Positions 40,382-50,217 of a DNA stretch of 64,000 nucleotides are shown here, piece after piece. Every line of letters starts with the position of its first letter. Position 1 is the first letter of the stretch. This DNA comes from Candidatus Bathyarchaeota archaeon (GTDB taxonomy: Archaea > Thermoproteota > Bathyarchaeia > Bathyarchaeales > Bathycorpusculaceae). The translations under genes were made by a program, and so were the position numbers. The DNA lies in NCBI GenBank assembly GCA_963811105.1, contig CAWEPZ010000009.1, positions 96,001-160,000 on the forward strand, given 5' to 3'. The notes under the pieces were generated by a model, which ran no database searches, had not been told where the DNA came from, and was given only the letters and a program-made list of their open reading frames with translations.

Positions 40382-40464
40382 AATGGTTCTGTGGATTGAA
40401 ACTACGTATTTTCCTTTCATAAAGCCTTTCCCCTTCTATGACAACTATCACAGTAGTGAATGAC

Positions 40465-40593
40465 ATGGGGCTGCGAAAAAAACTAAATGTTGAACTATCA
40501 CCTGATCAAGAAGGATTCCTACTGCTATTATGCTTCGCAGGTAGCGGCTTAATCGGATACATATTAACTCATTTGACGGGGTTCCTGCACTAA
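40465..40593 (+). CDS. 42-aa single-TM microprotein (MGLRKKLNVELSPDQEGFLLLLCFAGSGLIGYILTHLTGFLH)
   Basis: manual translation; GTGA SD-like motif. Confidence 0.5.
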   Translation: MGLRKKLNVELSPDQEGFLLLLCFAGSGLIGYILTHLTGFLH

Positions 40594-40929
40594 ATTATGG
40601 CTAAAGCTCTGGAATTTTAATTGAAGATTTTTGTTCAGAATTTGAGTTTTTGAACTTGATTATTTCTTCCAAAAAAAGCGGATTAGGTGAAAACTCTTCT
40701 TTGTGCACAAACAAGAGCAACCTTATTGGTGTACTTAGAGCAGATTTTGAATTCGACTGGGAAAAAATCTGAAGGCAACAAAGATTTTGTCTCTAATAGT
40801 TTTTTTAAAGAAACCTAATTCGTTGTTATAGTTGTGGGTGTGGGTTCACATCCACATGTGTTTAATTGCTAGAATGCCAATCAATAGGATAGCTCAAGTC
40901 ATAAGAGTACATAGGAGGGATAGAATAGT

Positions 40930-41220
40930 ATGAGAACTAGAGAATTTATAAATAGAAGTGTTTTTGCGTTGGACGAGAAAATCGGCGTAGTAAAAAGTAT
41001 AGAAGTAGATCCGGACGAATGGAAAATAACTCATCTTGAAATCGAATTGAAAAAGGAGATAGCTGAATCAGTGCTTGGCGTTAAGAAAAATGGGGTACGA
41101 AATATGTTGGCCGTTTCATCCCTGGAGAAAGGGGTTGCACGCTGGACAGACAATGGATTGCACTTAAAAGTTTCAAAAGATCAGCTTCACATGTACCTAA
41201 GGCCAGTGGTTAAGACTTAG
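40930..41220 (+). CDS. PRC-barrel domain protein
   Basis: EFI-x-x-x-V...KIG-x-V-x-x-IEVD-x-x-x-WKIT; GGAGG SD. Confidence 0.85.
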   Translation: MRTREFINRSVFALDEKIGVVKSIEVDPDEWKITHLEIELKKEIAESVLGVKKNGVRNMLAVSSLEKGVARWTDNGLHLKVSKDQLHMYLRPVVKT

Positions 41221-41233
41221 TTAGGCGTTTGCT

Positions 41234-41391
41234 ATGAATACGTAGTTGACGATTGCTATTATTGTTGTGGTACTTTGGGCGATTGGTTCTTTGCTTTGCC
41301 AGGCGTAGGCTCACTAATACACATCTTATTAGTTATTGCCGTAGTCTTAATGGTAGTTTGGCTGTCGATCGGCAAGAAACTTTGGAAATAA
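41234..41391 (+). pseudogene. lmo0937/DUF5670-like small membrane protein remnant
   Basis: MNT-stop-LTIAIIVVVLWAIG, frameshift, GSLIHILLVIAVV. Confidence 0.65.
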
Positions 41392-41487
41392 TCAACACCT
41401 TTTTTTTGTTAAACGAAATCCAAACTAGAAAATTATGATAAGTAAAGCAGCTTGCTAACTTAGAAGTTTATTTAGAAGGGAGAACCT

Positions 41488-41745
41488 TTGATTAAAATGA
41501 ATTACGTAAAATGCTCCCCAGACGTTATAATTGCCGCGTTAAACGAGGAGAAAGTGTCAGCCCTACGTTGACGGAGATTTCGCGGGAAATTAGTCCTAAC
41601 AAAGTTTTTTAGTTGATGGTCACAGTCACAACTGGACGGTAGAAATTGCCAAAGATTGGGGCGCACATTCTATTTCAAGAAGGCAAAGGGAAAGGCGATA
41701 CTATAACGAAAGCATTTGGATACATGGTTCCGATGTAGATTACAA
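41488..41745 (+). pseudogene. GT2 glycosyltransferase N-terminal remnant
   Basis: VIIAALNEE, VDGHS, TVEIAK, QEGKGKGD across frameshifts; truncated. Confidence 0.75.
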
Positions 41746-41835
41746 CTTAATATTCCTACGAAAACGTAAATAAACATCTGCAACATTGACTGTATAGCCT
41801 CTCCTTAAAAAATGGCCGAAAACATCCAAATAAGT

Positions 41836-41912
41836 GCCGAGGTAGCTCAGCCTGGGAGAGCGCTCGGCTGAAGACCGAGTCGTCGCATGTTCAAACCCTG
41901 CCCTCGGCACCA
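41836..41912 (+). tRNA. tRNA-Phe(GAA), CCA encoded
   Basis: GCCGAGG...CCTCGGC ACCA; anticodon arm CTCGG-CT-GAA-GA-CCGAG; one T-stem mismatch. Confidence 0.93.
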
Positions 41913-42176
41913 CCATTAACATAAAACAATCAACTTGATATGAAGTACATTAGCGTAAAGCGGGCTAAATTTAATTAATTTTGTCTATAAACAATTTTTC
42001 GAGCCTAGGCATTCCCGAAGAGCGTTTAAATCTTACAGCAAGATTCGAAAAAGTCATAAAATTATTAAAAAGACACTGTCTGAGAGAAAAACTGTTATTT
42101 CACTGAAGAAAAGCTTAAAGACGAAAGGGACGTAGTCTAACTTGAAGCAACCGCCGATCATCAAGGTGAACATGAA

Positions 42177-43058
42177 CTGCCTATTTTAGACCTAAACAAC
42201 GTTAGTTCGGGTTATAATAAGCAAACGATCTTACATGATATTAACTTCAAACTACAAGAACCCTCAATTTACGTTGTTTTGGGGCCAAACGGCGCGGGCA
42301 AGACAACTTTGTTTAGAACAATCGCCGTCATTCTGGAGCCATTTAGCGGCAATATTCTTCTTGATGGCCAAAACATAACTTACTCACGTGAAGCTAGAAA
42401 GAAACTGAGTTTCTTCTCGCAGAATGCCATGCCTGAAGAAATGACAGTATATCAGGCACTCAAGTTCTATTCCAATATGGAGGGCGGAGATCCAGACAAG
42501 GCAATTGAACTGCTCGATCTTAGTCAACTAAAAGACAAAAAGTACTCCGATCTTTCTCAAGGGCAGAAAAAAAGAGCGGCCCTCGCAAAAGTGTTTCTGT
42601 GTGAAAGAGACCTCTACCTATTAGATGAACCTACAGCAAATTTGGACCCAGTAGTTTCAAAAGAAATTCGCGATATTATATTAAAGCTGAGCAAGGACAA
42701 AATGATTCTGTACTCTTCCCATAATCTTTATGAAGCAACCGACATCGGCACTTATTTGATCCTAATCAAGAATGGTTCAGTTTCAACGTTTGATAGAATC
42801 TCAAACATCAAGCCCAAGAATTACCGCGTCGGCATCAAAACACAAACGGACATAACAAAAATTGTCGATGCCAAACGTGAGGGCGATTACTACGTCTTGA
42901 GTGTGTCCACCCCCGAGGAGGCTGGCCTTGCTCTCAAAAAAATCGTTGAAACAGGCATCTTAGTTACTGAAATGCGCCAACTAGACAATCCTTTACAAGA
43001 GCTCTTTGAGACATCCGGCGCCGAAAAAGCTACCGAAGGGTCAAAAAATGAAAAGTAA
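42177..43058 (+). CDS. ABC ATP-binding protein (drug-export type), probable CTG start
   Basis: GPNGAGKT, LSQGQKKR, LLDEPT; frame open upstream to CTG 7 nt after AGGTGA. Confidence 0.88.
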   Translation: MPILDLNNVSSGYNKQTILHDINFKLQEPSIYVVLGPNGAGKTTLFRTIAVILEPFSGNILLDGQNITYSREARKKLSFFSQNAMPEEMTVYQALKFYSNMEGGDPDKAIELLDLSQLKDKKYSDLSQGQKKRAALAKVFLCERDLYLLDEPTANLDPVVSKEIRDIILKLSKDKMILYSSHNLYEATDIGTYLILIKNGSVSTFDRISNIKPKNYRVGIKTQTDITKIVDAKREGDYYVLSVSTPEEAGLALKKIVETGILVTEMRQLDNPLQELFETSGAEKATEGSKNEK

Positions 43059-43731
43059 GTTTTTGGTTTTTGCTAAGCGTAGCCTCAACCTAAGTAAAAT
43101 ATATGCGGGAATGGGGCTGGTTCTTGCATCCTTTGGAATTTTTGTGATATACGCCCTATCTCTTCTTGCAGGAAGTTCACGTGCGGCTGTCTTTTTCCTA
43201 CCCGTGTCGTTTATGTCTCTTGGGCTTCTAATTTTTACTATTCCAGTCACATTACTCTATGTATATGACAAAAACAACGGTGTCTTGGAGTATTTGCTTT
43301 CGCTTGGTTGGAACCAAAGCGATATCTTCAAGCAATACCTGAAAGCCGCTCTCTTCCTTGCACTGATCCTCTTAACAGGGGAAGGTGCCGCAATTTTGAT
43401 CGCAGGAGCTATTTCGGGGTCAATTAGTGTTTTTCTCTTGGATTTGTTGATGCTGTTTCTTACTGCGTTTTTGGGTTTATCTGTGGTTTCTTTGGTTACT
43501 GTGGGTATGATGGCTTTTAGTTCGTTACAGAAGCAACGGGTAGGTGCTAACACTCCGCTTGGCTTTGGGCTTGGCGTTGTGTTTATCATTCCAACCTTTT
43601 ATCTTTCTTTTATTGGATTTATTCCAGAGCTCATAGTTGTCCTTTCCCTTTGTATCTTGGCAGGCGGCCTGTCAGCCGGGTTGCTCTTGCTATCGGGCAG
43701 GCTAATTAGAAGGGAAAAAATGTTGCCGTAA
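43048..43731 (+). CDS. ABC-2-type permease
   Basis: about 6 TM; DKNNGVLEYLLS; overlaps ATPase stop. Confidence 0.85.
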   Translation: MKSKFLVFAKRSLNLSKIYAGMGLVLASFGIFVIYALSLLAGSSRAAVFFLPVSFMSLGLLIFTIPVTLLYVYDKNNGVLEYLLSLGWNQSDIFKQYLKAALFLALILLTGEGAAILIAGAISGSISVFLLDLLMLFLTAFLGLSVVSLVTVGMMAFSSLQKQRVGANTPLGFGLGVVFIIPTFYLSFIGFIPELIVVLSLCILAGGLSAGLLLLSGRLIRREKMLP

Positions 43732-44010
43732 ACGATACGGCTCTGAACCTATACAAGTCTGAGGCCCAGTGGATACACATTGGGCATGAAATTTAAGAAG
43801 AAGGACTTAAGCTACCACAAGTTATAAGGTCCCATACTTATCTGCGGCTAAGTCCATAGAGACCTATACCATTTTTGGTTAGAATCCAATTAATTTTGAG
43901 CCAAAACAACTTCGCTTATTTGAGGTTTAAGCGTTGTAATTCTGGAAAGGGATGAGACGAGAAAAGTTATTAGGAGAATTCTGCAAATATTCTTTTGGTG
44001 TTTTTGGTCC

Positions 44011-44391
44011 ATGAAAAAGAATTTTGAGTCAATTGATGAATACATCGCTTCTTTTCCCAAGAAAGTTCAAACTATTTTAGAGCAAATAAGGAAAGCCGTC
44101 AAGGACGCGGCTCCCAAAGCCGAAGAAGCAATTAGTTATAACATGCCAGCGTTCAAACTGAACGGCAATTTGGTCTGGTTTGGAGCATTCAAGAATCACG
44201 TAGGTTTCTATCCACGTGAGTCGGCCATCGAGGAATTCAAGGAAAAACTGTCCAGCTATGAAGTAAGCAAAGTCCAGGGCACTGTCAAATTTCCTTTGGA
44301 TAAGCCAATGCCATTAGATTTGATAAAGGAAATAGTAAAGTTCAGAGTAAAAGAAAACCTGAAAGAAACAAGCGGTTTCAGATACTCATGA
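44011..44391 (+). CDS. YdhG/DUF1801 family protein
   Basis: IDEYIA, AP-x-AEEAISYNMPAF, HVGFYP. Confidence 0.92.
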   Translation: MKKNFESIDEYIASFPKKVQTILEQIRKAVKDAAPKAEEAISYNMPAFKLNGNLVWFGAFKNHVGFYPRESAIEEFKEKLSSYEVSKVQGTVKFPLDKPMPLDLIKEIVKFRVKENLKETSGFRYS

Positions 44392-44401
44392 GTTGCTCAT
44401 G

Positions 44402-44575
44402 CTAAGCCTTCTTCTCGAAGTTGACTTTCACCTCTCCCAAAACCACGTTTTTGGTTATGTCGACGCCGTCTATGTAAACGTGCAAATCAGCCACTTTGCA
44501 GTTCAACCATAAGCCAAGCGCTTTGACTTGAGCCGAAGTTCGGTGGGTTGACGTTAAGATTATTTCTTCTGCCAT
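44402..44575 (-). CDS. 57-aa hypothetical protein (MAEEIILTSTHRTSAQVKALG...)
   Basis: manual translation, intact, below ORF-track cutoff. Confidence 0.5.
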   Translation of the reverse strand: MAEEIILTSTHRTSAQVKALGLWLNCKVADLHVYIDGVDITKNVVLGEVKVNFEKKA

Positions 44576-44679
44576 AAGCGGTCACGTGAATTATTTTGAA
44601 GGCACACCATGCCAAACGATTTATAGAAATTCAGCCAGCTCCTCTATAAGCACTCAATCAAATGAATGAAGAGACCCTC

Positions 44680-45072
44680 ATGTCAACAAATTCTAAAAAT
44701 CTAAGCACAAACATGAACGCAGCTATTGCTTTACTCTACGTATTTACTGCCGCAATTATCGCAGCGTTCATAACAACCATAATTAGCGTTCCAGCAAATG
44801 TTCAGATTCTTGCAGTTGGCTTCATCACGCCACTTGTCGTTCTTAGCTTAGTTTTTATTTTCTATTGCAGGAAAGGGAAAGCTTGGAGTTTTGCTGGAGC
44901 TACTATCCTTGGAGCGATTGGTGTTCTCCTTCGAGTAATTATTAGTACTCAACCCGATATTGAGGTAGGCGGCGGACTTCCAGTTGGTGTAACTGCCCTC
45001 TACATAGTTCTTGGAGCTCTTGTCTCACTCAAAAGCTATGAATCATGGCTAGAACTAAAAGCAGGCATTTAG
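44680..45072 (+). CDS. four-TM membrane protein
   Basis: hydrophobicity pattern. Confidence 0.8.
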   Translation: MSTNSKNLSTNMNAAIALLYVFTAAIIAAFITTIISVPANVQILAVGFITPLVVLSLVFIFYCRKGKAWSFAGATILGAIGVLLRVIISTQPDIEVGGGLPVGVTALYIVLGALVSLKSYESWLELKAGI

Positions 45073-45157
45073 CGCGCCGAGCTAAAATCACCATAACTTA
45101 TTGTGATTACGGCAAATGAACTAACTATTTAATTGGAACATGCCACTTGGAGTAAAT

Positions 45158-45853
45158 ATGCCAACTGACGAACAAGGGAAAAGGAAAGCCTACAAGGGCG
45201 TAGCAATGGAGGGTGTTATAGCCAAGCAGTATAACAGGATTCAAAAGCACATGATTGAAGAATACAAATTATGGGCTAAACTTGTAAGCGACAAAACATC
45301 TATTGGCGGAAACGTGCTTGAAGTTGCTCCCGGTCCAGGATACTTGTCAGTTGAACTCGCAAAGCTTGGCAACCATAACATAACTGGATTAGACATAAGC
45401 AAAACCTTTGTGGAAATCGCACAAAACAAGGCTACGGAAGCAGGAGTAAAGGTTGATTTTCGTCAGGGTGATGCTGCTGAAATGCCTTTTCTGGATGGAA
45501 CATTTGATTTTGTGGTCTGTACTTCTGCTTTCAAAAACTTTCCAGACCCGATTAAGGTCTTAGACGAAATATTTAGGATTTTAAAGGCAAACGGTAAGGC
45601 GCTGATTATCGATATGAATAAGGATGTTCCCAAAAACAAACTCAACGACTTTGTTGATCGCATGAAATTGAACTTGTTTGACTCTTATTTTACCAAGCAA
45701 ACTTTCAAAGGGTTAGCGAAATCGGCTTACACTCGAACCGAAATCCAAGACATCGTCAACAAATCACGATTTACGCAATGTCAGATTACAGATGAAGACA
45801 TCGGCTTTGAGGTATGGCTGGAAAAGGCAAAGGAAACAGAAAGATTAAGCTAA
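45158..45853 (+). CDS. class I SAM-dependent methyltransferase
   Basis: VLEVAPGPG, GLDIS, GDAAEMPF, FDFVV. Confidence 0.93.
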   Translation: MPTDEQGKRKAYKGVAMEGVIAKQYNRIQKHMIEEYKLWAKLVSDKTSIGGNVLEVAPGPGYLSVELAKLGNHNITGLDISKTFVEIAQNKATEAGVKVDFRQGDAAEMPFLDGTFDFVVCTSAFKNFPDPIKVLDEIFRILKANGKALIIDMNKDVPKNKLNDFVDRMKLNLFDSYFTKQTFKGLAKSAYTRTEIQDIVNKSRFTQCQITDEDIGFEVWLEKAKETERLS

Positions 45854-46007
45854 TTTCCTCGAGCAGGATTCGCTTAATAGTTTAATTGCATTATTTCAGT
45901 TAATGATTACAGGCCAAAAATTTCTTGAAGTAACTTGTTTTGCCAATTCCCAATTCGACGAGCCGCTATTTTCTTTAAACGAGCAGACATATAGTTTATT
46001 GATTGAC

Positions 46008-47081
46008 ATGAACCTGGAAGATGTCGCCAAGCTTCGGTTGATTAATCATCAGATTGCTTATTCAGCTACCAAAGAACCCGGCGAAGTTGTCGCTTCGCTT
46101 GGCGCCATGCAGGCTCAAGATTATCAATCGGCACTCTGGGCTATTGGTCTTCGCGCCAAACAAGTAACTCTACCAGAGGTGGAATCAGCGATAAGTAACA
46201 GGGCAATTGTCCGGATTTGGCTGTTAAGAGGCACTTTGCATTTCGTAACAGCCCCTGATGTTCATTGGATGCTAAAGCTGTTAGGACCGCAAATTATTGC
46301 AGCCAGTGCTGGACGCCACCGTCAGCTGAAATTAGATGAGGCAACTTTTATGCGGGCTGAGGAACTATTTGTTGAAGCCCTCCAAAATGGTCAGTTGACT
46401 CGAGATGAAATGTTTAAGGTATTGGAAAAAGGAGGTATTTCTCATGAAGGTCAACGGGGCTACCATATTCTTTGGCGAGCAGCTCTGAAAGGGTTGATTT
46501 GTTTTGGTCCACAAAAGGGCAAAGAGCAGACTTTTGCTTTACTCAAACAATATGTACCAAAAGGCAAGAGTGTGAAACAGGCCGAAGCGTTGAGTGAACT
46601 CGCGCATCGTTACTTTTCAAGCCGAGGTCCAGCGTTGCTTGAGGATTTCGCTTGGTGGTCAGGGTTGAAGCTATCTGATGCGAAGATAGCTTTGGAAACA
46701 GCATCTTCTCGGCTCAGGTCAGAAACAATCGAAGGCAAAAGATATTGGATGCCCCACAGTACGCCCGAAAATGCAAAAGAGTTGGCAACAGCGTTTCTTT
46801 TGCCAGCTTTCGATGAGTATATCCTTGGTTACAGCGACCGAACCGCTACACTTGAACAACCTTATTTTAAGAAGGCAGTATCCAACAACGGCATCTTCTA
46901 CCCCACAATTAGCATTAATGGAAAAGTAGTGGGAACATGGAAGCGTACGTTCAAGAAAAGCAACATAGTCATTATGCTCAGCCCGTTTAAGACACTGACC
47001 CCAACACAAAGAAGTTCAATTGCTTTAGCAGCAAAACATTACAGCAGATTTATGGAAATGTCCGTATCAATCACAAAATAA
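46008..47081 (+). CDS. AlkZ/YcaQ-like (HTH_42) winged-helix DNA glycosylase
   Basis: MQAQD, RGTLH, GPA-x-x-x-DFAWWSGL, LLPAFDEY-x-LGY-x-DR. Confidence 0.9.
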   Translation: MNLEDVAKLRLINHQIAYSATKEPGEVVASLGAMQAQDYQSALWAIGLRAKQVTLPEVESAISNRAIVRIWLLRGTLHFVTAPDVHWMLKLLGPQIIAASAGRHRQLKLDEATFMRAEELFVEALQNGQLTRDEMFKVLEKGGISHEGQRGYHILWRAALKGLICFGPQKGKEQTFALLKQYVPKGKSVKQAEALSELAHRYFSSRGPALLEDFAWWSGLKLSDAKIALETASSRLRSETIEGKRYWMPHSTPENAKELATAFLLPAFDEYILGYSDRTATLEQPYFKKAVSNNGIFYPTISINGKVVGTWKRTFKKSNIVIMLSPFKTLTPTQRSSIALAAKHYSRFMEMSVSITK

Positions 47082-47142
47082 GGTCACTCGGCACTTTTTA
47101 GTTCTATCAAGCAGCGGATCGTTGAGGCCTGCGCTGGTTGAT

Positions 47143-47730
47143 TTAGTTTATTCTAGCATAGCTCAATTCAACAGCACCCGAATTGAACGTCTTTGTCTCG
47201 ATTAGGTTTAGTCTCTGCCTAAAATCAAGATCTTTTAGCAAAAGTTTTCCTTTGCCTAAAATCACAGGATGAACAACAATCTGGTACTCGTCAATCAATC
47301 CCAGTTTCGCAAACGTCTGTGCTATCGTTGCACCACCCACAACGATCATGTTTTTCCCTGGTTGCTGCTTTAGTCTTTTTATTTCTTCAGCTATGTTACT
47401 ATTAATCAGCATGGAATTTTTCCATTCCACGTTGTTTAGAGTACTTGAGATTACAATTTTTTTGGTTTCATCCGCATATCGTGAAAACTTTTTGTCGTTT
47501 TCGGTGCTCTGAGGATTTTTTGCCGCTGCGGGCCAGTATTTCTCCCATATTTGATAAGTTCTTCGTCCAAGGATAGCAGTGTCCGCAAGTTTGAGGTTTT
47601 TCCACATTTCCTCATGGAGGTCTTTCCACATGGTTTCGTCATTGAAGGGCGGAAGATAATCCATTTCATCGTTTGGTCCAGTTGAAAAGCCGTCAAGTGT
47701 CATTTGCATTGACAAGATTATTTTTCTCAA
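47143..47730 (-). CDS. dihydrofolate reductase / RibD C-terminal family protein
   Basis: TLDGF, LGRRTY, GGA-x-IA, LIDEY-x-x-x-VHPVILG-x-G. Confidence 0.92.
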   Translation of the reverse strand: MRKIILSMQMTLDGFSTGPNDEMDYLPPFNDETMWKDLHEEMWKNLKLADTAILGRRTYQIWEKYWPAAAKNPQSTENDKKFSRYADETKKIVISSTLNNVEWKNSMLINSNIAEEIKRLKQQPGKNMIVVGGATIAQTFAKLGLIDEYQIVVHPVILGKGKLLLKDLDFRQRLNLIETKTFNSGAVELSYARIN

Positions 47731-47872
47731 AAAATCACCAAATTAAACCAATCCAATAGCCTATAAAAATGTTTTTAGTTTGCCGTGGAAGCTTAAAAAA
47801 GGCATCCGCTAAACGCTTTCCGTTCTTCCTAAAAGATGAATAGATACTAATACGATTGTTAGCAATGCGGGC

Positions 47873-48115
47873 TCAATTAGTTTTTGACTTTTCTTTTTTT
47901 GCATCTGCCAATATCTTCATCTTGGCAAGCTCAGGTTTTTGTATGTATAAAATTATCGCGTTTGCGTGACCGCGTCCCAAGCCAAAGTCAGTCTTGAGCC
48001 AAGCAAGTAACTCACCATATTTTGTTAGCCCCTTCTCTTTTGCCAATGCTTGGAAATATTCAGGATCCTTGCCAGTCTTAGCCTTGATGTTGTCAATGTA
48101 TGCTTTATATGTCAT
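47873..48115 (-). CDS. DUF4287 family protein
   Basis: YIDNI-x-x-KTGK, WLK-x-x-x-GLGRGHANAI. Confidence 0.88.
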   Translation of the reverse strand: MTYKAYIDNIKAKTGKDPEYFQALAKEKGLTKYGELLAWLKTDFGLGRGHANAIILYIQKPELAKMKILADAKKEKSKTN

Positions 48116-48571
48116 AGTTTCTCAACTTGCTAATACCATTTTTCCTTTCCTAAAAGAGTTTGTCATTTAACGTGTAATTATGATATAGGCGAGCAAAGCA
48201 CTAAATAGTTTTTGGTGTGTATACATTGTAGTCCGGATCTTTCATTTATTTGGTTTCGCTTCCTTTCAGGTTCAAATTTTTAAAAGGTCCGTCCTCTGAT
48301 AATTTTTATTGGTAAATTTGGGGTTAGGATACCCAGCGCCCTAGAGAAAAAAAATCAGAAATCAAGTGTTAAGAAAAATTTTGAAAACTTTTGGGTATGG
48401 GGACTTGTACCTTCAAACTTGGCCAAAATTTGCAAAGATTAGTCCTATTCAATGAGGTTGAGTTAGGGACTCACACCGTGTTCAGACTGTGTAAAAACTT
48501 AGGATTAGAAAGAATTATACTTGACCTTCAAACTCGTCTGTAATTGATAGTTGCTTTCGTCTTGCCTTTTT

Positions 48572-50035
48572 TCATGCTTTTACTAAAGCCATTAACACGC
48601 CAACCCCAAGAATGTTGATAGCCCTTCGCATGTTGTAAGCCAACATCGTAAACCCAACCTCTCCTTTAACCTTCCTAAGCCCCTTCAAGAGCAAATAACC
48701 CTGATTGAAAGCCCGCTTCATGGATCCAAAAGGATGCTCCACTATCTCCCTTCTACGGTGCAACTTCTCTTTTCCCTCAGAAGTTCCCAACCGTGATCTG
48801 AGCCGTTCAACAGCGTCCTCGAATTCCCCCCTAAAAATAATCCTGCCACGCTTATTCCTAGTGCACTTGCTCCTAAAACCACACACCTCGCAACAAAGCG
48901 TCTTGTAAACTCTGCCTCGCTCCGGTTTACCCTTATGAAGGCACTTCCAAAACCCCAGATCCTCACCAGCAGGACAAACATAAACGTCCCTAACCGAGTC
49001 ATACACGAACCTGTCAGTATAGAATCCAGGCTCCGGCACCCCAAAACGCTTATGCGGATTCACAACTGCAGGAATGGGCATAAACACAGTTATGCCTTCA
49101 GCCTCACAATCTTTCAAATCCTTCATAACATAGAACCCTTTGTCGGTCGTTACCTCCAATCTTTCAACTCCAAGAGTCTGCTTTGCTGCTTTAGCATCGT
49201 TGACTAATTGATGGTGATCAGTTGAATTGTTTATCACGTCATAATCCACAATGAGATGCTTCTTGGCATCCACAGACGTTTGGACATTATAGCAAACATC
49301 CAGCCTTTGGCTGTCGACTCGCATCAAACGGCTATCTGGATCCACAAGCGAAACCTCCTTCTGCCCTGTCGCCTTCATCTGGTTCTGAGCATGCTCGTAC
49401 TGCTGCTTTTTCTCTTCAAGCCGGCCTATCCTTTCTTTAAGGTCATTGACTTTGAGGCTATCATTTTTGCCTGAGTCGGCTTTGTCATTCTCATCCATCA
49501 GCCTGAGGTATTCTGCTATCTTCTCCTCGGTCCGTTTAAGTCTCAACGCAACTGTGTTCTCGTTGAAATTGTTGCTCTTCGAGTTTACAGCCTTGAATTT
49601 GCTGCCATCTATGGCAATGAGCTGAGCACCATAGAGGTCGAGTGATCGGCATAGGTAGACGAATTCTTTGAATACAGGCTTTATACAGTCGACGTTGTCT
49701 TTTCTGAAGTCGGCAATGGTTTTGTGGTCTGGAGCGAGCTTCTTCATTAACCACATTACCTCGACGTTGCGGTAGCATTCTCTTTCAAATTTTCTGCTGG
49801 ACCGGATCTGGTTCAGATAGCCATATGTGTAGAGTTTTAGAAGGTCTGAAGGATTGTAAGATGGTCTTCCTGTGTCAGCAAGAATTGAGTGTTTGAAGCC
49901 GAGCTTCTCTAGATTGAGGCTGTCTATGAAGGCGTCAATGAACCTGACTGGGTTTTCTGCATCAACGTATTTGTCGAGGGTGTCTGGGAAGAGTATGGTT
50001 TGGTCTCGGTGTGTTCCGTCAACGTGTTCGCTCAT
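48572..50035 (-). CDS. IS1182-family DDE transposase
   Basis: GRPSY-x-P, SSR, PDHKTIADFR, IDGSK, DPDSR, DKGF, VEHPFG. Confidence 0.96.
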   Translation of the reverse strand: MSEHVDGTHRDQTILFPDTLDKYVDAENPVRFIDAFIDSLNLEKLGFKHSILADTGRPSYNPSDLLKLYTYGYLNQIRSSRKFERECYRNVEVMWLMKKLAPDHKTIADFRKDNVDCIKPVFKEFVYLCRSLDLYGAQLIAIDGSKFKAVNSKSNNFNENTVALRLKRTEEKIAEYLRLMDENDKADSGKNDSLKVNDLKERIGRLEEKKQQYEHAQNQMKATGQKEVSLVDPDSRLMRVDSQRLDVCYNVQTSVDAKKHLIVDYDVINNSTDHHQLVNDAKAAKQTLGVERLEVTTDKGFYVMKDLKDCEAEGITVFMPIPAVVNPHKRFGVPEPGFYTDRFVYDSVRDVYVCPAGEDLGFWKCLHKGKPERGRVYKTLCCEVCGFRSKCTRNKRGRIIFRGEFEDAVERLRSRLGTSEGKEKLHRRREIVEHPFGSMKRAFNQGYLLLKGLRKVKGEVGFTMLAYNMRRAINILGVGVLMALVKA

Positions 50036-50217
50036 TGCTGTTCGTCTCCTTCGGCAGGTTCATCTACTATGACTATGTAGACTGTTTTGCCGAGGTATTC
50101 TTTTGGGCAGGTGACTTTGGCGCCTGTTCCGTAGGCTGTTACTTTTCTTTTTAGGAAGCCTATTATTCCGGTGACTTTGATTTCTGTTGCTGGCTCAAAA
50201 ACTATTTTCTTAGGCAT
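50032..50217 (-). CDS. DUF2080-like transposon-associated small protein
   Basis: RKVT-x-YG-x-GAKV-x-CPKEYLGK-x-VYIVI; overlaps the transposase start. Confidence 0.85.
   Translation of the reverse strand: MPKKIVFEPATEIKVTGIIGFLKRKVTAYGTGAKVTCPKEYLGKTVYIVIVDEPAEGDEQQ

Noticed and set aside
43895-43950. Possible extra copy of the module left-end sequence
   Set aside because: Only CTTATTTGAGGTT resembles it, and no tRNA-like core precedes it.
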